A DNA stretch of 28,454 nt from Thermoproteota archaeon (lineage in GTDB: Archaea > Korarchaeota > Korarchaeia > Korarchaeales > Korarchaeaceae): contig JAVCBY010000014.1 of the NCBI GenBank assembly GCA_037917625.1, positions 1 through 28,454 on the forward strand, written 5' to 3'. Positions 26,883 to 28,454 of this stretch are shown piece by piece (the stretch's first letter is position 1; every line of letters starts with the position of its first letter). A program made the translations under genes and the position numbers. Below the pieces are notes generated by a model. That model was not told the DNA's origin. It saw only the letters and a program-made list of their open reading frames with translations, and made no database searches.

Positions 26883-28286
26883 TTGCTAGCTATAGAGAAC
26901 GCTAGGATAATGGGGAGTTATGAGAGGAGCTGCCTCGTCATTGAGGATGGAAAGATATCTGATTTGGGTACCTCAGATACCTGTGAAAAATATAGAGGAA
27001 GGGCAAAATTCCTAGATGCTGAGGGGCGCGTCCTCATACCCGGTTTAGTTGACTCCCACATGCACCTCCTCAGTTACGCTCTCTCGATGAGGAGCTTAGA
27101 CCTCAGAGGTATTAAGAGCATAGATGAGCTCAGGGAAGCAGTTAAATCTAGAGTAAAGGTCTCTAAGCCAGGAGAATGGATAATAGGGCATGGATGGGAC
27201 CAGGAGAATTTCAGGGATGGGAGATACCCTAGGAAGGAGGATCTAGATGATATATCCCCTGAGAACCCCTTACTTCTCACTAGGATATGCTTACATGCAG
27301 GTGTGCTGAATTCTAGAGCTATGAAGGAGTTAGGAGTTGGAAAGGATCTTCTATTCGAGGACGAGCTTTATTCAGCTATTAGGAAGGTGAGATCCCCTAT
27401 CGATAAATTTACCCTCCTTAAGGCGATGAAGAGGCTCTTGAGCTATGGGATAACTGAGGTGCACAGTATGGATGCCTCGCTAGAGGAACTATCGATCCTC
27501 GGGGGCATGGATATGCCTATCAGAGTGAGGCTCTACCTCTCGGAGGGGTTAAGTTCGGATAATGCATTAGTCGAGGGAGTCAAAGTGTACGCTGATGGGA
27601 GCTTCGGAGCGAGGACAGCTGCCCTCAGGGAGGAATATGAGGATGATCCTGGGAACATGGGAGTTCTGCTCAAGGGATGGAGGGAGATATATGCTCTCTC
27701 ACGTTCCCTAGCTGAGAGAGGTAAGTTGCTCGCTGTCCATGCTATAGGGGATAGAGCTCTTGAGGAAGTGATAAAGGCTCTGGAGATGGGAGCAAATAAT
27801 TTGAGGATTGAGCATGCCTCCTTAATCCCTCAGGATCTCTTAGAGAGATTATCTAAAGCTAAGCCTCACCTAATAGCTGTTCAACCTCACTTCACTATCT
27901 CAGACTGGTGGCTCGGGAAGAGGCTCGGGGAGAGAGTTAAGTACGCTTACAGATTCTCAGATATGCTTGGAGTGGGATTGAGAATTAGGGGAAGCAGCGA
28001 CTCCCCTGTAGAGCCTGAGAACCCATGGATGAGTATTGAAGCTGCTCTAACTGGTGGAGAACTCGGGGTGAAGCCTCTGAGCATGGATCAAGCCCTCAGC
28101 ATTTACTCCTCAGAGTTGAGCGTAGGATCAGAGGCTAACTTAACGCTCCTCGACGCCAACCCCTGGTCCACGAATCGCTACGATATCTCAGGAATCAGAG
28201 CATCCCTCACGATAGTCAAGGGGCTTGTAGCTTACGATCCTGAGGGTTTAGCTAGGGGGTGGCCCTCCCATCCCGTGAAGCTGTGA
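26883..28286 (+). CDS. Amidohydrolase family 3 (YtcJ-like) metal-dependent hydrolase
   Basis: PGLVDSHMH, GHGWDQE, K.YADGSFGARTAAL, HAIGDRA, RIEHAS and SSDSP motifs. Confidence 0.92.
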   Translation: MLAIENARIMGSYERSCLVIEDGKISDLGTSDTCEKYRGRAKFLDAEGRVLIPGLVDSHMHLLSYALSMRSLDLRGIKSIDELREAVKSRVKVSKPGEWIIGHGWDQENFRDGRYPRKEDLDDISPENPLLLTRICLHAGVLNSRAMKELGVGKDLLFEDELYSAIRKVRSPIDKFTLLKAMKRLLSYGITEVHSMDASLEELSILGGMDMPIRVRLYLSEGLSSDNALVEGVKVYADGSFGARTAALREEYEDDPGNMGVLLKGWREIYALSRSLAERGKLLAVHAIGDRALEEVIKALEMGANNLRIEHASLIPQDLLERLSKAKPHLIAVQPHFTISDWWLGKRLGERVKYAYRFSDMLGVGLRIRGSSDSPVEPENPWMSIEAALTGGELGVKPLSMDQALSIYSSELSVGSEANLTLLDANPWSTNRYDISGIRASLTIVKGLVAYDPEGLARGWPSHPVKL

Positions 28287-28454
28287 GTCGCGGGAGCTCG
28301 CAGCTAGCATCTCCGACTGAATGTTAAGTTTTTTAACTAGAAGTTCAGGGGAACTCTGTGAACTCGAGGAGGAATTTCCTGATAATAACGGTGACATGGG
28401 CTCTAATGAACCCCTTCACATCAGCCATAAATGTTTACTTCTCACTCTTCGTCC

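Noticed and set aside
28287-28454. Possible gene end or small ORF at the right edge
   Set aside because: All minus-strand frames stop quickly, leaving only a 27-aa ORF without support.
1-28454. tRNA, rRNA, CRISPR arrays, integrases or autonomous transposases
   Set aside because: None recognised on either strand by eye. The remaining short ORFs in the track overlap well-supported genes and are treated as shadows.

Overview
This is an archaeal window. AGG/ATA-rich codon usage, GGTGA Shine-Dalgarno sites, BRE/TATA promoters and gene content suggest a Korarchaeum-like hyperthermophile (inference). Most of it is amino-acid/peptide fermentation and housekeeping: an ECF transporter module, two paralogous class I aminotransferases, two APC permeases, a metallophosphoesterase plus uncharacterised nucleotidyltransferase pair, a HemL-like class III aminotransferase, stomatin-NfeD, PfpI, a complete group 3b [NiFe]-hydrogenase operon with non-canonical motif residues, a DUF89 phosphatase, an ATP-type PEP carboxykinase-like enzyme and an amidohydrolase. 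Three features stand out. (1) A 263-bp non-coding IS200/IS605-derived element (23934-24196) splits a PIN toxin gene that lies between two related antitoxin-like genes. It keeps omegaRNA-like structure and carries an internal segment that is 15/16 complementary to its own right-end/target junction. (2) There is a template-switch rearrangement at 5251-6345: a 479-bp duplication, a 24-bp fold-back and a 119-bp inverted copy of 1936-2054. (3) An apparent inversion fuses ecfT to a NUDIX-like tail. Items 2 and 3 may be amplification or assembly chimeras.
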